In this document: in pieces, positions 13,641 to 26,048 of the stretch | Layout of the letters: each line of letters starts with the position of its first letter | Position numbering within the stretch: position 1 is the first letter of the stretch | NCBI GenBank assembly: GCA_951406725.2 | Contig: OX597818.1 | Span: forward strand, 109,988,001-110,052,000 | Reading direction: 5' to 3' | Length of the DNA stretch: 64,000 nucleotides | DNA from: Octopus vulgaris | Taxonomy: Eukaryota | Translations under genes and position numbers: made by a program | The notes under the pieces: generated by a model | The model's input: the letters and a program-made list of their open reading frames with translations, nothing else | What the model was told of the DNA's origin: nothing | Database searches by the model: none

Positions 13641-14739
13641 AGAATATGTCCACTTGCATTAGTTATTGCAAATGGTTATTCCAGATGCTATTTCAAATGG
13701 TTATTCCAAATTTAAGGTTAAGAAATACTATATTTCACTGCGAAATACAATAAATATTTTTGTAGCTAAGTTCGCCACAACTCAGCAAGTGAAAATCATT
13801 TTGCTTAGCAATATACATTAATCCTGGCACAATTAACAACAGTTCCTATCAACAAAGGCACAGCTGCATTTTAACCAATGTTTAAGAATCACGCAGGGTT
13901 GTTGGCTTCTAACATTCGCAAGAAGACTATATAAGACCAATCTAAAGCAGAGGCAACACATTTTCGGCTGAGCAGATGGCAGCAACGGCAAATGAAGTAC
14001 ATTGTTAGAGATACAAAGCCCCACCTGGTCTGGAAAGATTTAAACCAGCGACCAGACGATCGAGAGTTCAATCGTCAAAAGAAAACGACATGCGTCGCCA
14101 TTGTCTCTAATACAATCTAATCATTATGGATTCTTCAGTAAAACTGTGACACTCGAGAATTTCTCCATTTGCACTTGTAAAATTCTTGTAGAATAGAGAA
14201 AACCATAAAGATAGAAACAAGCAAAAGGATTTCCCTTGAAATTTTAATTTAAGTTTGTAATAAACTCATTTCAAAGGTTGAGATGAAAGTAAAACTTGTT
14301 TCTTCCTCTCGACAAAGTATTAAGAATTAATTGTGAAGTGTTTAAATAATTCACTTTAGTTTATGTTATAAGTAAAATGACTCTTGGAACGATGATGGCA
14401 GAAAAAAAAAAAATTAAGAAAGAAAATACGACTTGTAATTTGTCGTCGAGGTGAATAAGAAAAACCGATGATTATTTTCGAGTGCTTCAGTTTATTACTT
14501 TTATTTTATTATCTCACCTTAATTAAAATCGTGAGCTGGAAAAATAGTTAGAAGGATCGAAAAATGCTCTGCTACAATTCTTCCGGCTCTTTAAGTTCTG
14601 ATTTCAAAGCCCGTCGCAAATTTGAACTTTGCCGTTTACCATTTCGCAGATGATAAAAGTAATAAACTAGTCAAGCGCTAGAATCGAGGGAATCGGATAA
14701 TACCCAATCCCAGTTATTGGCTATATGGATAACTTAAAA

Positions 14740-15080
14740 TGTGTGCCTTAGGTATGTGCTGTGATTTGTTGTGATGCTCTGATGGTTATTGTATGGAAAG
14801 TGTTCTGCGTAGGATGTGTGCAGTGCCTAGTAGTGCAAGTTTCTGTATGTTATATGTGTTTGTAAGTCCAGGTGTTTTTGTTATGTATTTGTCTGAATAT
14901 TTTTTTATCATGCCTAATGCACCTACTATGATAGGAATTGTTTCTGTTTTTAGATTCCACATTCTGGTTACCTCTATTTCCAGGTCTTTGTATTTTGAAA
15001 GTTTCTCCATTTCTTTTAGAGACACGTTGTCATCTGCCGGTATTGATACATCAATTAGAAAGCATTTTTTCTTCATTATT
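14740..15080 (-). mobile_element. R4/Dong-type non-LTR retrotransposon 3' end (restriction-like endonuclease)
   Basis: KKCFLIDVSIPADDNVSLKEMEKLSKYKDLEIEVTRMWNLKTETIPIIVGALG...QKLALLGTAHILRRTL*. Confidence 0.92.
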
Positions 15081-15089
15081 TTTCTTCTT

Positions 15090-15120
<31 letters not shown>

Positions 15121-15134
15121 TTATTATTATTATC

Positions 15135-15275
15135 ATTGCCTTTGCACAGCTTCTAACGCTGTTCACTACTGGTGAACTAAGGTAACATTTCTTATTTTTC
15201 GAGCACCTTCCGGAGTATTCGAGCGGTTCCAAGCAGTGCTGTTTTCTGCAAGTGCTCCACCCTTATTGCAGATTG
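15135..15275 (-). mobile_element. Second R4/Dong-type 3' end (different subfamily)
   Basis: VEHLQKTALLGTARILRKVLEK* followed by a short 3' UTR and (AAT)n. Confidence 0.8.
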
Positions 15276-15386
15276 TTGTTGTTGTTGTTATTGTTATTGT
15301 TGTTGTTGTTGTTGTTGTTGTTGTTATTATTATTATTGTTATTATTATTATTATTGTTATTATTATTATTATTATTATCATTATTA

Positions 15387-15505
15387 AGGCGGTGAGCTGG
15401 CAGAATCGGTAGCACGCCGTTCTGAGTTCATATTCAGCCGAGGTCGGCTTTGCCTCTCATCTTTTCGGGGTCCCCCCAAATCTCAGATCTTGAGCCTTTA
15501 ATAGG
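15387..15505 (+). mobile_element. SINE family B, internally deleted
   Basis: aaggcggtgagctggcagaatc...gttctgagttca. Confidence 0.75.
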
Positions 15506-15536
15506 ATGGATTCTTCTTCTTCTTCTTCTTATTATT

Positions 15537-15569
<33 letters not shown>

Positions 15570-15571
<2 letters not shown>

Positions 15572-16088
15572 AGTGCATGCCATCAAAGTGACATCGAGGT
15601 AAAAGCCCAGTATACCCATCATAACAACCCGTCTGATAAGGGTACGCCAGGCACATGCATCAAACCATATGTGCACGACATGGTGATTTTATATCAAGAT
15701 TAACAGTGCATGACCTTGCATGTGGGGCCCAGATAGAATTTTCTTCAGGTCGGGTAGCCCATCCTGCTCAAAATGTTCTTGAATAAGGGTTGTTTAAAGA
15801 TTACCGAAACACCTATGTTTCCAAAGTTGAATTATCCAAACCTACAAGAATTCCTTTCAACACATGGCTATGATGCTCCCCCACTATTTCTGCTCGTGAT
15901 CAGAGAGGCGCATATCGTCAGCCACTAAGGGACATGCTCAACTGGTTAAGGTCAAACAACTGACAAGCAAATCTGTGGTATTTGCTCCAACCCATCTTTT
16001 ATACCAAGACAAACAACGTACATGATAACACTTCCAATCAGTTAAGATCAGAAGCCATGAGAGCCACTGCCTACTACTACATCAGGGC

Positions 16089-16092
<4 letters not shown>
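15570..16092 (-). mobile_element. ~550-bp non-autonomous element bounded by (AAT)n
   Basis: Reverse-complement homologue of 52437-52994; no coding capacity. Confidence 0.85.
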
Positions 16093-16131
<39 letters not shown>

Positions 16132-16204
16132 TATCATTTTCATCATTATCATCATCATCTTTATTATTATTGTTATTCTGAAAGACTCTCGCGTAGTTCT
16201 TAAT

Positions 16205-18338
16205 TACCGGTTATTCTTTATTTGATAACAAAGTCATTTGGTATGGCTACATCAATGATCTGACAATATTTGTCTTTCTTATTCGATATGACAATATCCG
16301 GCCGACGGTGTTCGATTACACGATCCGTCTGAAAATCATAGTCCCAGAGTATCGTTACTTTTCCATCCTCCTGCATAACTTTTCTTGGCACATGCTCATA
16401 CCAGTTCTCTGTTACTTCATATTGGTATTTACAGCATAAGAGCCAATGAAGATATACACACACTTTATCATCGCGGTGCTTGTATTCTTCTTGTGCAAAG
16501 CTCTCACATTCACTTACCAAGTGGATCACAGAGTTTGCATGTCTGGATCTCAGAAGTTTTATAGATGTTATACTTCACTGAATTGATAGCAAGAGCCTTG
16601 CCTTGTACAGCATTGATCAGGATTTCGGTGGTACGCTTCAAATCACCTCACTCAAGCCATGCCCACGTTGCTGTATTATCCTTCCTTTGAAACTGTCCAT
16701 ACATTCTCATTTAAAAAAGATTTTCTTTTCTCTTCTCCGCAGCTCTTTGGTTAAGCACTGCCTTGTCCATCATTTCATCTGCATTTACACCCTTATCTTT
16801 CGTGCCATATTGCAGCAGGTCTTCATCACTATTTATCAAATACTCAGCAAGCGTTCTCTTTTCACTTCTTATAGAATGGTCTCTACTAATTAGTCCTCTG
16901 CCTCCATTCTTTCTTTTCCTATACAGTCTGTTTACGTTTGCTTTAGGGTGTAGCGCCCCATGCAGCGTCATCAACTTTCTCGTCCTTCTATCCAGTGTTG
17001 ATATTTCCTCCTTAGTCCATTTGAGGATGGACGCATTACATCTGACCACCGCAACTGCCCAGATATTCATTGCGGTAATCACATTTTTGGTGATCAGGTT
17101 AGATTTCAACACCATCTTCACCCTTTTTTGATACGCCTCGCTGACCTTGACTTTCATTTCTTTGTGTAGAATGTCATTCAGCTCCCAAATCCTTAAATAT
17201 CTATATCCACTACTGTCTGGTTCACCCATGGTCTTTCCTGATGGTAGCCGCGATCCTCTGTAGGCTGCTTTCTTCCCTCTTTCCATATTAAGTACTGAGC
17301 ATTTCGTGATCCCAAATTCCATACCAATGTCCCTACCACACTTCTGGATTGTTTTGGTTAAGGAATCTATCTGTTTTTCAGATTTCCCAAACAAATTCAG
17401 GTTGTTCATAAACAGAAGATGGTTCAATGATGGGCTTTTCTTCGCACATCAGTAACTCATCTTAACTTTCCTAAGTGTCATTGTTATGGGTATTATTGCA
17501 ATTACAAAATGTAATGGAGAAAATGAGTCCCATTGGAAGATTCCCCTTTTAATATTAACTTCTCCAAGGAATACATTACTTGAGTACAATTTGGTTTTCC
17601 ACTCTTCCATGCTATGCATCAGAAAATTTGTGATGTTGTCAGCAACACCGAACATCTGCAGGCATCCAACGATCCAAGAATGAGGCACCACATTATATGC
17701 CTTCTTAAACTCAATCCAAGCTATAGAAGTGTTTGTATGATGTTTTTTACAATGCCTCAAATCTGCTTTATTGATGACCAGGTGAGCCTTGCTACCCTGA
17801 GAACTCTTCCTACATTCTTTTTGTTCCCTTGGTAGAATTTCTTCCTGCGCCAGGAAAGTGTATTTCTTCCTGTGCACATATTCCAGTGAGTATCTTCCAG
17901 ATTATATTTAGGCATGCTATAGGACGGTAGTTTCCCACAAATATTCCCTTTTCTTTTATCTTTCATTACAAGTGTTGTCCTCCCAGTCACCATCCATGTT
18001 GCGACTGTACCTTTCTGGACTCATTCAATTGGTCTGCTAGTCTTTCATGCACCAAGTGGCATCTCTTCAGCCAGAAGCCATGAATCCCATCTGGTCCGGG
18101 GGCTTTCCAGTTAGGCACTTTACCCGCTTGTTCTTTCACATCACCTGTGCTTATGACAATATTCCTTTGTTTCTTTCCTCCTTGTAATTCTGTCTTGATA
18201 GTTCCCATCCACATTGCATCCCTTTTATGTTCCATATTGTTTCCCCATAATCCGCCCCAGAACTCCTTGGCTTCATTTGCATCAGGAGCAACATATTCCC
18301 CATTGTATCCTTCTAACATTCGGAAGATTTGCTTCAGG
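16205..18338 (-). mobile_element. Decayed 5'-truncated R4/Dong-clade LINE (RT, zinc knuckle, RLE)
   Basis: Successive frameshifted ORFs: NWKAPGPDGIHGFWLK; GRTTLVMKD; AWIEFKKAYNVVPHSWI; IKRGIFQWDSFSPL; NHLLFMNNL (decayed F/YMDD); GGRGLIS; HLVSECE; LWDYDFQTDRVIEHRRPDIVI...IIDVAIP. Confidence 0.95.
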
Positions 18339-18357
18339 TTATTATTATTATTATTAA

Positions 18358-18405
<48 letters not shown>

Positions 18406-18803
18406 TAACATAATTCGTTTTTAAAATATTTTTTTTTCAAATTTCGTAGTTCAGTGATAAATCTAATTCGCACTTTGTATATAGTAAAATCTTTGATAGA
18501 TATTTAAAAAAAAAACAAAAACACCTTTAACAAAATTTCTATATTTTGTGGTTTGTCGAATGTAATCTCAATAGTTCAGAAATTTTTGCAGATAATTCAA
18601 TAATAATTATTTCAACATCATTCCAATATTTTGTTATCTTATGCCGTATTTTCGCAAGTCCATTTACATAAAAGATAATCTTTTCAAATGATCTTCAAAT
18701 ATTTTTAATATCTCGTATACGATATTAGGTCGTTCAGTAATTCTTTAAAACCTTCGCATGCTACCAATGCAAACACAGACATTACTCCAACATACACGCA
18801 CGA

Positions 18804-18838
<35 letters not shown>

Positions 18839-18883
18839 CTTAGATATATGTATATATGTATGTATGATGTATGTATATATAAT

Positions 18884-18937
<54 letters not shown>

Positions 18938-18942
<5 letters not shown>

Positions 18943-19147
18943 TAACCACCCCCCCAAAAAAAAAAACGAAGAGCAAACACAAGAAAACAGCAATATGAGG
19001 ACGTGGTAATGTAAAGTATTAGCAGATGCTTAGGGAAGGAAAGAAAGATGGTTTAACGTTTCGAGCAGACGCTCTTCTTCAGAAACAGAGGAAAGTCCAA
19101 TAGAAAGGAAGACGGGGGAAGAAAATCGCCAACGATTCACATATGGT
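18938..19147 (-). mobile_element. Short hammerhead-bearing PLE-like repeat (family H1) in (TA)n
   Basis: Homologous to 53659-53856; both copies are flanked by (TA)n. Confidence 0.8.
19051..19086 (-). ncRNA. Minimal type I hammerhead ribozyme, canonical core
   Basis: Minus strand: GUUU-CUGAAGA-A-GAGC gucu GCUC-GAAA-CG-UU-AAAC. Confidence 0.8.
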
Positions 19148-19161
19148 TATATATATATATC

Positions 19162-19250
19162 TTGAACCCAACCCTGGGTTCTCATCCCTAAGCTATTTTT
19201 GCTGCTGTTGTTGTTTTTTGTTGTTGTTTTTGTTTTTGTTGTTGTTGTTG

Positions 19251-19311
<61 letters not shown>

Positions 19312-19592
19312 AGGCACTGTCTGGAATTGAACTCGCAATCTTGGGGTTAGTAGCCCATGGTTAAGAGTTCGGGGTACTAACTCCAAGACTGCGAATTCAA
19401 TTCCAGGCAGAAACCTTGAAAATATAATAATAATAATAATAATAACATCAGCAAAAAAATACCTTAGGAATGAGAACCCAGAGTTGTGTTCAAAATTCCA
19501 CCAGGACACCTGATGAAGGCCGGAGAGTAAATCAGCCGAAACGTTGTGGTAAAGATGAGGACACATATCCATCCAATGGAAATAAAGTAAAT
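19162..19592 (+). mobile_element. tRNA-headed, hammerhead-containing element with an inverted 5' partial copy
   Basis: 19162-19356 is an imperfect inverted copy of 19371-19493. The forward unit has an A box (tggttaag), a B box (gcgaRttcaattcc), (AAT)n, then an HHR. Confidence 0.75.
19507..19548 (+). ncRNA. Minimal type I hammerhead ribozyme
   Basis: CAC-CUGAUGA-A-GGCcGG agaguaaa UCaGCC-GAAA-CG-UU-GUG. Confidence 0.78.
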
Positions 19593-19594
19593 AA

Positions 19595-19632
<38 letters not shown>

Positions 19633-20182
19633 CACGTACATATCTTATAATAGTTCTGCTCGTTCCTCCATTATTTAACCCATCCGTAACGCTTTCACGC
19701 GATTAACTGAAAGGTTGAAGAAAGTTAGGAAAGGGGAGGAAGTAGGGAGAAAAGAGTGTAAGGCGAAGAGTGAGAGAGAGAGAGAGAAAGAGGGAGAGTA
19801 TTGTGCATTAAGTCTATAAAATTGTGCTTAGAGTATATAAAGTGTATATATAAAGCGCATAAAGTAATATTCAAATTTCTTCCGTTTTTTCAATGATTAG
19901 CAGACGAGCAACTCTCTTTTGATACGAACACTACACAGGCTACGTTTTCAGGTTTCTTGCATAAAGTTTTCAGAAATAACTCAATAGATTTTACATCATT
20001 AATTCCGTGAAATATTCACGGATCCCGCCAGTTATTTATACATACACACGTAAATGTATATATATATATATTCATATCAGGTTTGCATATCTATCTACAT
20101 AAATGTGTAGAAATCTATGCATGCAGGCTTCGTCATACGTGTGTCCAGACACTGATCCGTCCATTTGCACACACACACACGC

Positions 20183-20233
<51 letters not shown>

Positions 20234-20344
20234 CACGCACACACACACACACACACACTTGCGGGCGTATATGCATGCATAAACAAATATATAAGGCTGT
20301 AATCAAATTAATATGAACTTAGGAACGATAAGTATTTATCACAC

Positions 20345-20399
<55 letters not shown>

Positions 20400-21356
20400 T
20401 ACACACGCACACGCACACACACATACACATACACATACACCCTGGCGTTCCTCGTATGTGACTCTATTGAATTATAAGATCAATCACACTACGCATAATA
20501 AACCCAGTCCCCACGTATTGTAGGCACATATTCGTACATACATACAGACAGACACACTCTAACATAAACATTATCCATTCATATATTTAGACACTCATAC
20601 TTGGGCGTTTTCATTCATAGAGAAATACTTGGATGTGTAAATAATAAATCATGGAAGGGAGGTAACTGATGCTTCCACTTTTCTGAAAAACTGTCTCCGT
20701 TTCCACATTGTCTGTTCTCCATGACAACCTGACATGAACTGCGAAATGTTTAATCTCCAGTGTCTACTAAACAGGGAAGAAATATTAGTAGGTTTATTGT
20801 ATTTGTTAGCTAATCGGTATATGGAGATATATATATATACACACACTCAAACACACAGAGGCACACACACACACACACAGGTACACACACACGCACGCTC
20901 GCACGCACGCACACACACACGGACGCACACACATACATACGGACAGTTGGTAGAGTGAAATTCTGCAAAAGTTTGGCATACTCGTGTGTGTATATATATG
21001 TAGCATTCGTGAACTTAGAATGTGCTTCTCCGGATTTATATTTTTCTAAAAACGATATATATATATATATATATATCAACAATAAAGGAACGGCCATAAT
21101 AGGCCATTCACCCACTAGAAATAACAGCCAAAGCTTCAACCGCAAATAAAAGTTAATTCAGTAAACCAGGAGAAAATTTAAAAACATTTAATATATATAT
21201 ATATATATATATAAGTCCCACCACCGTACATATCTCTATGAGATATTTAGAAATTTAATATTTCTGATTTTGGTGATCAGTGAATAAACTTCACTGAAAA
21301 TATATATATATTTACGAAGTCTAGACAGATATCTTCAGCTAGCAGGCCTCTGCTAC

Positions 21357-21404
21357 TCTAGACCGATGATGGACCGATGACCCTGAAACATGCGTGTCTC
21401 TAGA
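21357..21404 (+). ncRNA. Type I hammerhead ribozyme (U4C variant) capping a ~145-bp hairpin
   Basis: UCUAGA-CCGAUGA-uGGaccgaugacCCu-GAAA-CAUGCGUG-UC-UCUAGA. Stem II is weak; stem I extends out to 21306/21452. Confidence 0.65.
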
Positions 21405-21559
21405 TGCAGGCCTGGCTGTTGGGGGTATTTGTCTTCCCTTCGTAAATATATAAGGACACAGGAAATGTGTCAAGGCCGACAGGAAGCGTCGATGCTTCCT
21501 AGGGCTAAACAATGGTAGTGTAATTCCCTTACTGACACGTTAAGTTGACAGTATACAAC

Positions 21560-21632
<73 letters not shown>

Positions 21633-21654
21633 CATATATATGTTATTTTATCCT

Positions 21655-21815
21655 TTTATTTGCTTCAGTCATTTGGCTGCAGCCTTTTAGTCTCGAACAA
21701 ATCGAAACCCCGGCCTTACTCTATCGTCCTCTTTTGCCGAACCGCTAAGTTACGGGGTCGTAAACACACCAACATCGGTAGTCAAGTGATGGTGGGCGAA
21801 AAAACACAGACACAT
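21655..21815 (-). mobile_element. SINE family A, 3' half
   Basis: ttcagtcatttggctgcagcc...gaaccgctaagttacgggg. Confidence 0.75.
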
Positions 21816-21830
21816 AAATATATATATATG

Positions 21831-21887
<57 letters not shown>

Positions 21888-21890
21888 GTG

Positions 21891-21929
<39 letters not shown>

Positions 21930-22194
21930 CGTATATATAAGTATGTATGTATATGTATGCATGTATGTATGTATATGTATGTATGCATATATATACTTTT
22001 GTAGTGCGTAGGTGCTGTTTTCATTTGCTAAAATTGACATTTGCAGGATGGTCACGCTGTTTGCTTCAACTCCTGTGAACGTTGAGTCAGAATGAAATCA
22101 AAATGAACGTATTTAAAAAATGGAAACCGAATATATAACAAAGCCAAGAACAAAGCAACGCTCTCCTGAGCAAGAAAGTGACGGTGAGAGAAAT

Positions 22195-22237
<43 letters not shown>

Positions 22238-22354
22238 CAGAGAGAAAAGACAAACAAAATGAAGTGACGAAACTGCGCGGTGTTCTTATGGATGTCGATC
22301 ATATCAAATAAAATAAGATCTTTCATTAAATGTGTGTGTGTTAGTTTGTGTGTA

Positions 22355-22649
22355 TATACATACATAAATACATACATGCATATACATATATTCACACATA
22401 CATACACAAACACATACATACATACATACATACATACATACATACATACATAAATACATACATGCATATACATATATTCACACATACATACACAAACACA
22501 TACATACATACATACATACATACATACATACATACATAAATACATACATGCATATACATATATTCACACATACATACACAAACACATACATACATACATA
22601 CATACATACATACATACATACATACATACATACATACATACATACATAC

Positions 22650-22680
<31 letters not shown>

Positions 22681-22910
22681 AATACATACATGCATATACA
22701 TATATTCACACATACATACACAAACACATGCATACATACATACATACATAAATACATACATGCATATACATATATTCACACATACATACACAAACACATG
22801 CATACATACATACATACATACATATATACATACAAACATACACACACACACATACATACATACATACATACATACATACATACTTACATACATACACACA
22901 CATACATACA

Positions 22911-22944
<34 letters not shown>

Positions 22945-23050
22945 CATACATACATACATACATACATACATACATACATACATACATACATACATACATA
23001 CATACGTACATACAAACATACATACATAAATGCTTGCATCCATACATACA
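22355..23050. repeat. (TACA)n array with a higher-order unit
   Basis: aaatacatacatgcatatacatatattcacacatacatacacaaacac recurs ~5 times within TACA runs. Confidence 0.9.
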
Positions 23051-23533
23051 TTCCTGTCTGAACAGTTGGATGTACGGCTATTTGCGTTAATATAAATTAA
23101 TAAAGTTTTCCTCTGTGGAACCGATGTGGACGGATCTGTGTCCAAATGCACCATTACCAAACAATGCCAAAGATGCATACGCTCTTAATATGAAAACATG
23201 TGTAGAAAACGAATGCTATAAACTGCATGTTCTGTATATACAATATTTTTCGCGTATTTAGTCCCAAGATTGGAATTAATACTATTACATTTCGTTCTTT
23301 AATTACGCTCGCTTCAACCTAAATTGAATATATATTACATGAATATTAATATTGATATGAATATGGATGAATTCATAAAATTATGATATGATATTAGTGT
23401 AAACCATGAGTATTTCCTCAAAGTGACAGATCTAATGAAATCTACACTTGGATCATCATGACATCGATAATTTCTGCATTTCCATTGGAGGAGCAGTTGT
23501 GTAAATTCATGTATATATATACATACATATATA

Positions 23534-24341
23534 TGAGTTATTTTCTGAGTATGCATTGTCTGGAGACTTTTACTTGCAGTTGAAGAAATAGCCAAATTTT
23601 TGGCTGCTATTTCTGAAAAGTTCGGTGTGCGGTAAAGTGAATTTTTTTACTTTACCATATTTTTATAAATTAATACTTCAAATATACCGTAAATGGTCCT
23701 TTTACATACCGAATACTGCTTGGTCGAATTGATTAACAATTAATTAATTCTACCCTTTTTTACTGACAATATAATGCTTTCTCTCCAAGAATTTGAACTA
23801 CAGTTTTCGCCTCTGTAGAAATGCACTACTCTATGACTCACGTGGGTGGACAGGGAGAATAATAGATCTCATTTGTATTTTTGGATTCGCTAGTACTGGG
23901 TGTCCAGCATAGTTTGTCCGATGTTACAGATATCGGATGGGTATGTTTGGTTCTTAGTATTTTCAAATCCAAATCAGAAGAAATCTCTGAGCTGATGAAG
24001 GAAAAGTGGCGTTTAACCCACGAATCCAGAAACAGGCTGTTCTCGGGTATCTTACATGGATGTGATCTTTCATTGTTTTTCCCTTATACCTATGTGAGTT
24101 ATTTTCTGAGTATGGATTGTCTGGAGACTTTTACTTGCAGTTGAAGAAATAGCCAAATTTTTGGCTGCTATTTCTGAAAAGTTCGGTGTGCGGTAAAGTG
24201 AATTTTTTTACTTTACCATATTTTTATAAATTAATACTTTTTATAAATTAATACTTCAAATATACCGTAAATGGTCCTTTTACATACCGAATACTGCTTG
24301 GTCGAATTGATTAGCAATTAATTAATTCTACCCTTTTTTAC
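23534..24341 (+). mobile_element. Retrozyme/PLE-pLTR-like element: ~561-bp monomer x ~1.4
   Basis: Direct repeats at 23534-23763 and 24095-24341, an HHR between them, TA-rich flanks; homologous to 34045-34802 (-). Confidence 0.8.
23987..24046 (+). ncRNA. Type I hammerhead ribozyme with an extended stem II
   Basis: CUGAG-CUGAUGA-a-GGA aaa GUGG cguuuaac CCAC gaa UCC-a-GAAA-CAG g CUG-UU-CUCGG; predicted cut after 24041. Confidence 0.82.
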
Positions 24342-24424
24342 ATACATATATATATATATATATATATAAAAGAATTAAAACAGAATTCCGATAGAATCAG
24401 GTACTTGAAAGGTAGGCATCAGGT

Positions 24425-24800
24425 TGGGTTAGTTAGTTAGTTAGTTAGTTAGTTAATTTGGCTCAAAAGCAAATAGCAAGGCCATGTAGGGGGACATGGA
24501 GTTAAGTACAGGGTGGTGTTCATGTGAAGAGTTCAAGCCACTTGAGGTCAAGGGTGGCTTTGAACAAAGCGGTCGTCGGCATCTTCACCATCTCGTCTGG
24601 CAGCTTGTTCCACGGATCCGCAACCCGGACGGAGAAAGCTCCTCTCCTTCGATTGAGATGAAATCGTCGCAGGTAGAGCTTTTCGGAATGACCCCTCAGC
24701 CGACGCACTGGAGCAGGAGTGAAGAACAGCTCTTTCGAGAGGTTACACTTTCCGCTTATGATGTTGTGGGCGAGAATGTGCGGTTCCGTCCGGTGATTGG
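24425..24800 (-). mobile_element. CR1-clade LINE 3' end with a (TAAC)n tail
   Basis: RLRGHSEKLYLRRFHLNRRRGAFSVRVADPWNKLPDEMV...FKATLD*, then 3' UTR and tandem tail. Confidence 0.88.
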
Positions 24801-25105
24801 TTGGAGTTGAAATATCGGATAGGATATTTCGGTTTTGTACACGGAGACAACAAACTCTATGAGTATTTAGCGCTTAAAGGACTTGTCCATGTTATGCGTT
24901 GCTTTGAGTGGTAAGTATTTGGTATACTCTGGGGTGTCCGACAGCTCGTACATTCCCTTGGTGTATTATCATCAAATGAATAAAAACAGACGCTACATAA
25001 GTGTCAGCTCATTACACCTGTTTCTTACGCAACTTTTAATGAAGAATGAGAAACATTACATTATTATGAAAGACCGTAATCATCAGATGAGAGCGTAATT
25101 GTTAC

Positions 25106-25137
<32 letters not shown>

Positions 25138-25998
25138 TAAGATTCAATGTTAGTAACACATAGACGTACACATACATGTACACACATATACATAAGCACA
25201 TCATACATGATGATGATGATGAGGAGGAGGAGTAGGAGAACTGATAAGGCTAGTATTAATGCCATTATTTCAGCAGTTTGATTATGTAATCTTAGGAATA
25301 GATTAAATTACCCCCTAAATAATCAAGCCTCCACAAAAATATTATATAAAAATGTTCTGTTAACAAAACTAATGAAAATAGATTACTATATTAAAGCCTC
25401 AACGATGGAATTTAACTTTCTATAAATACAGGATAAATTGAATTACTTAATACTTCATTGGTCACACTAATTTGTAAATTAAAAGACGAAAATGTCTAAT
25501 ATTCAATATGCGGATCAATTATGAGAAATGCTCGCCCCTATAAAGGTGGTAATCCTTTTCTTTATCTATATATTATAGGATCTATCGAAATCCTAAAATG
25601 CCGAACTGCTTAACTTAACAAATGCAATGAATTATTGATTAGTTGCTCTTATTATAAAAAAGAAAACATTTTCAAAACTCACCACACCCAGTGTAGAAGT
25701 GGTATTTGATGCTTTTGCAAATTATTATCTTGTAAGTATCTGATCTATTTACTTAGTGGAAGTAATTGCAGATTCAAAGTTTACTGTTTTCTTTGTATTT
25801 GCACAAGTATTTGTGTTTCTATAATTATTCACTTACATTTAAATATAAGTGAATGCGTATAATGTATTTATCAGTCCAAGAAAATGAGTGTGTGGGTGAG
25901 CGTTCGTGCGCGCGCGTGTGTGTGTGTGCGTTCGTGTACACGTGTGCGCGTGAGTGTGTTTGTTGTATGTATGCATGCATTTATATAAATATGTGTGC

Positions 25999-26048
<50 letters not shown>

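Noticed and set aside
16030-16055. Resemblance of atcagttaagatcaga to U2 snRNA
   Set aside because: The match is too short, the rest of U2 is absent, and it lies inside a dispersed repeat.
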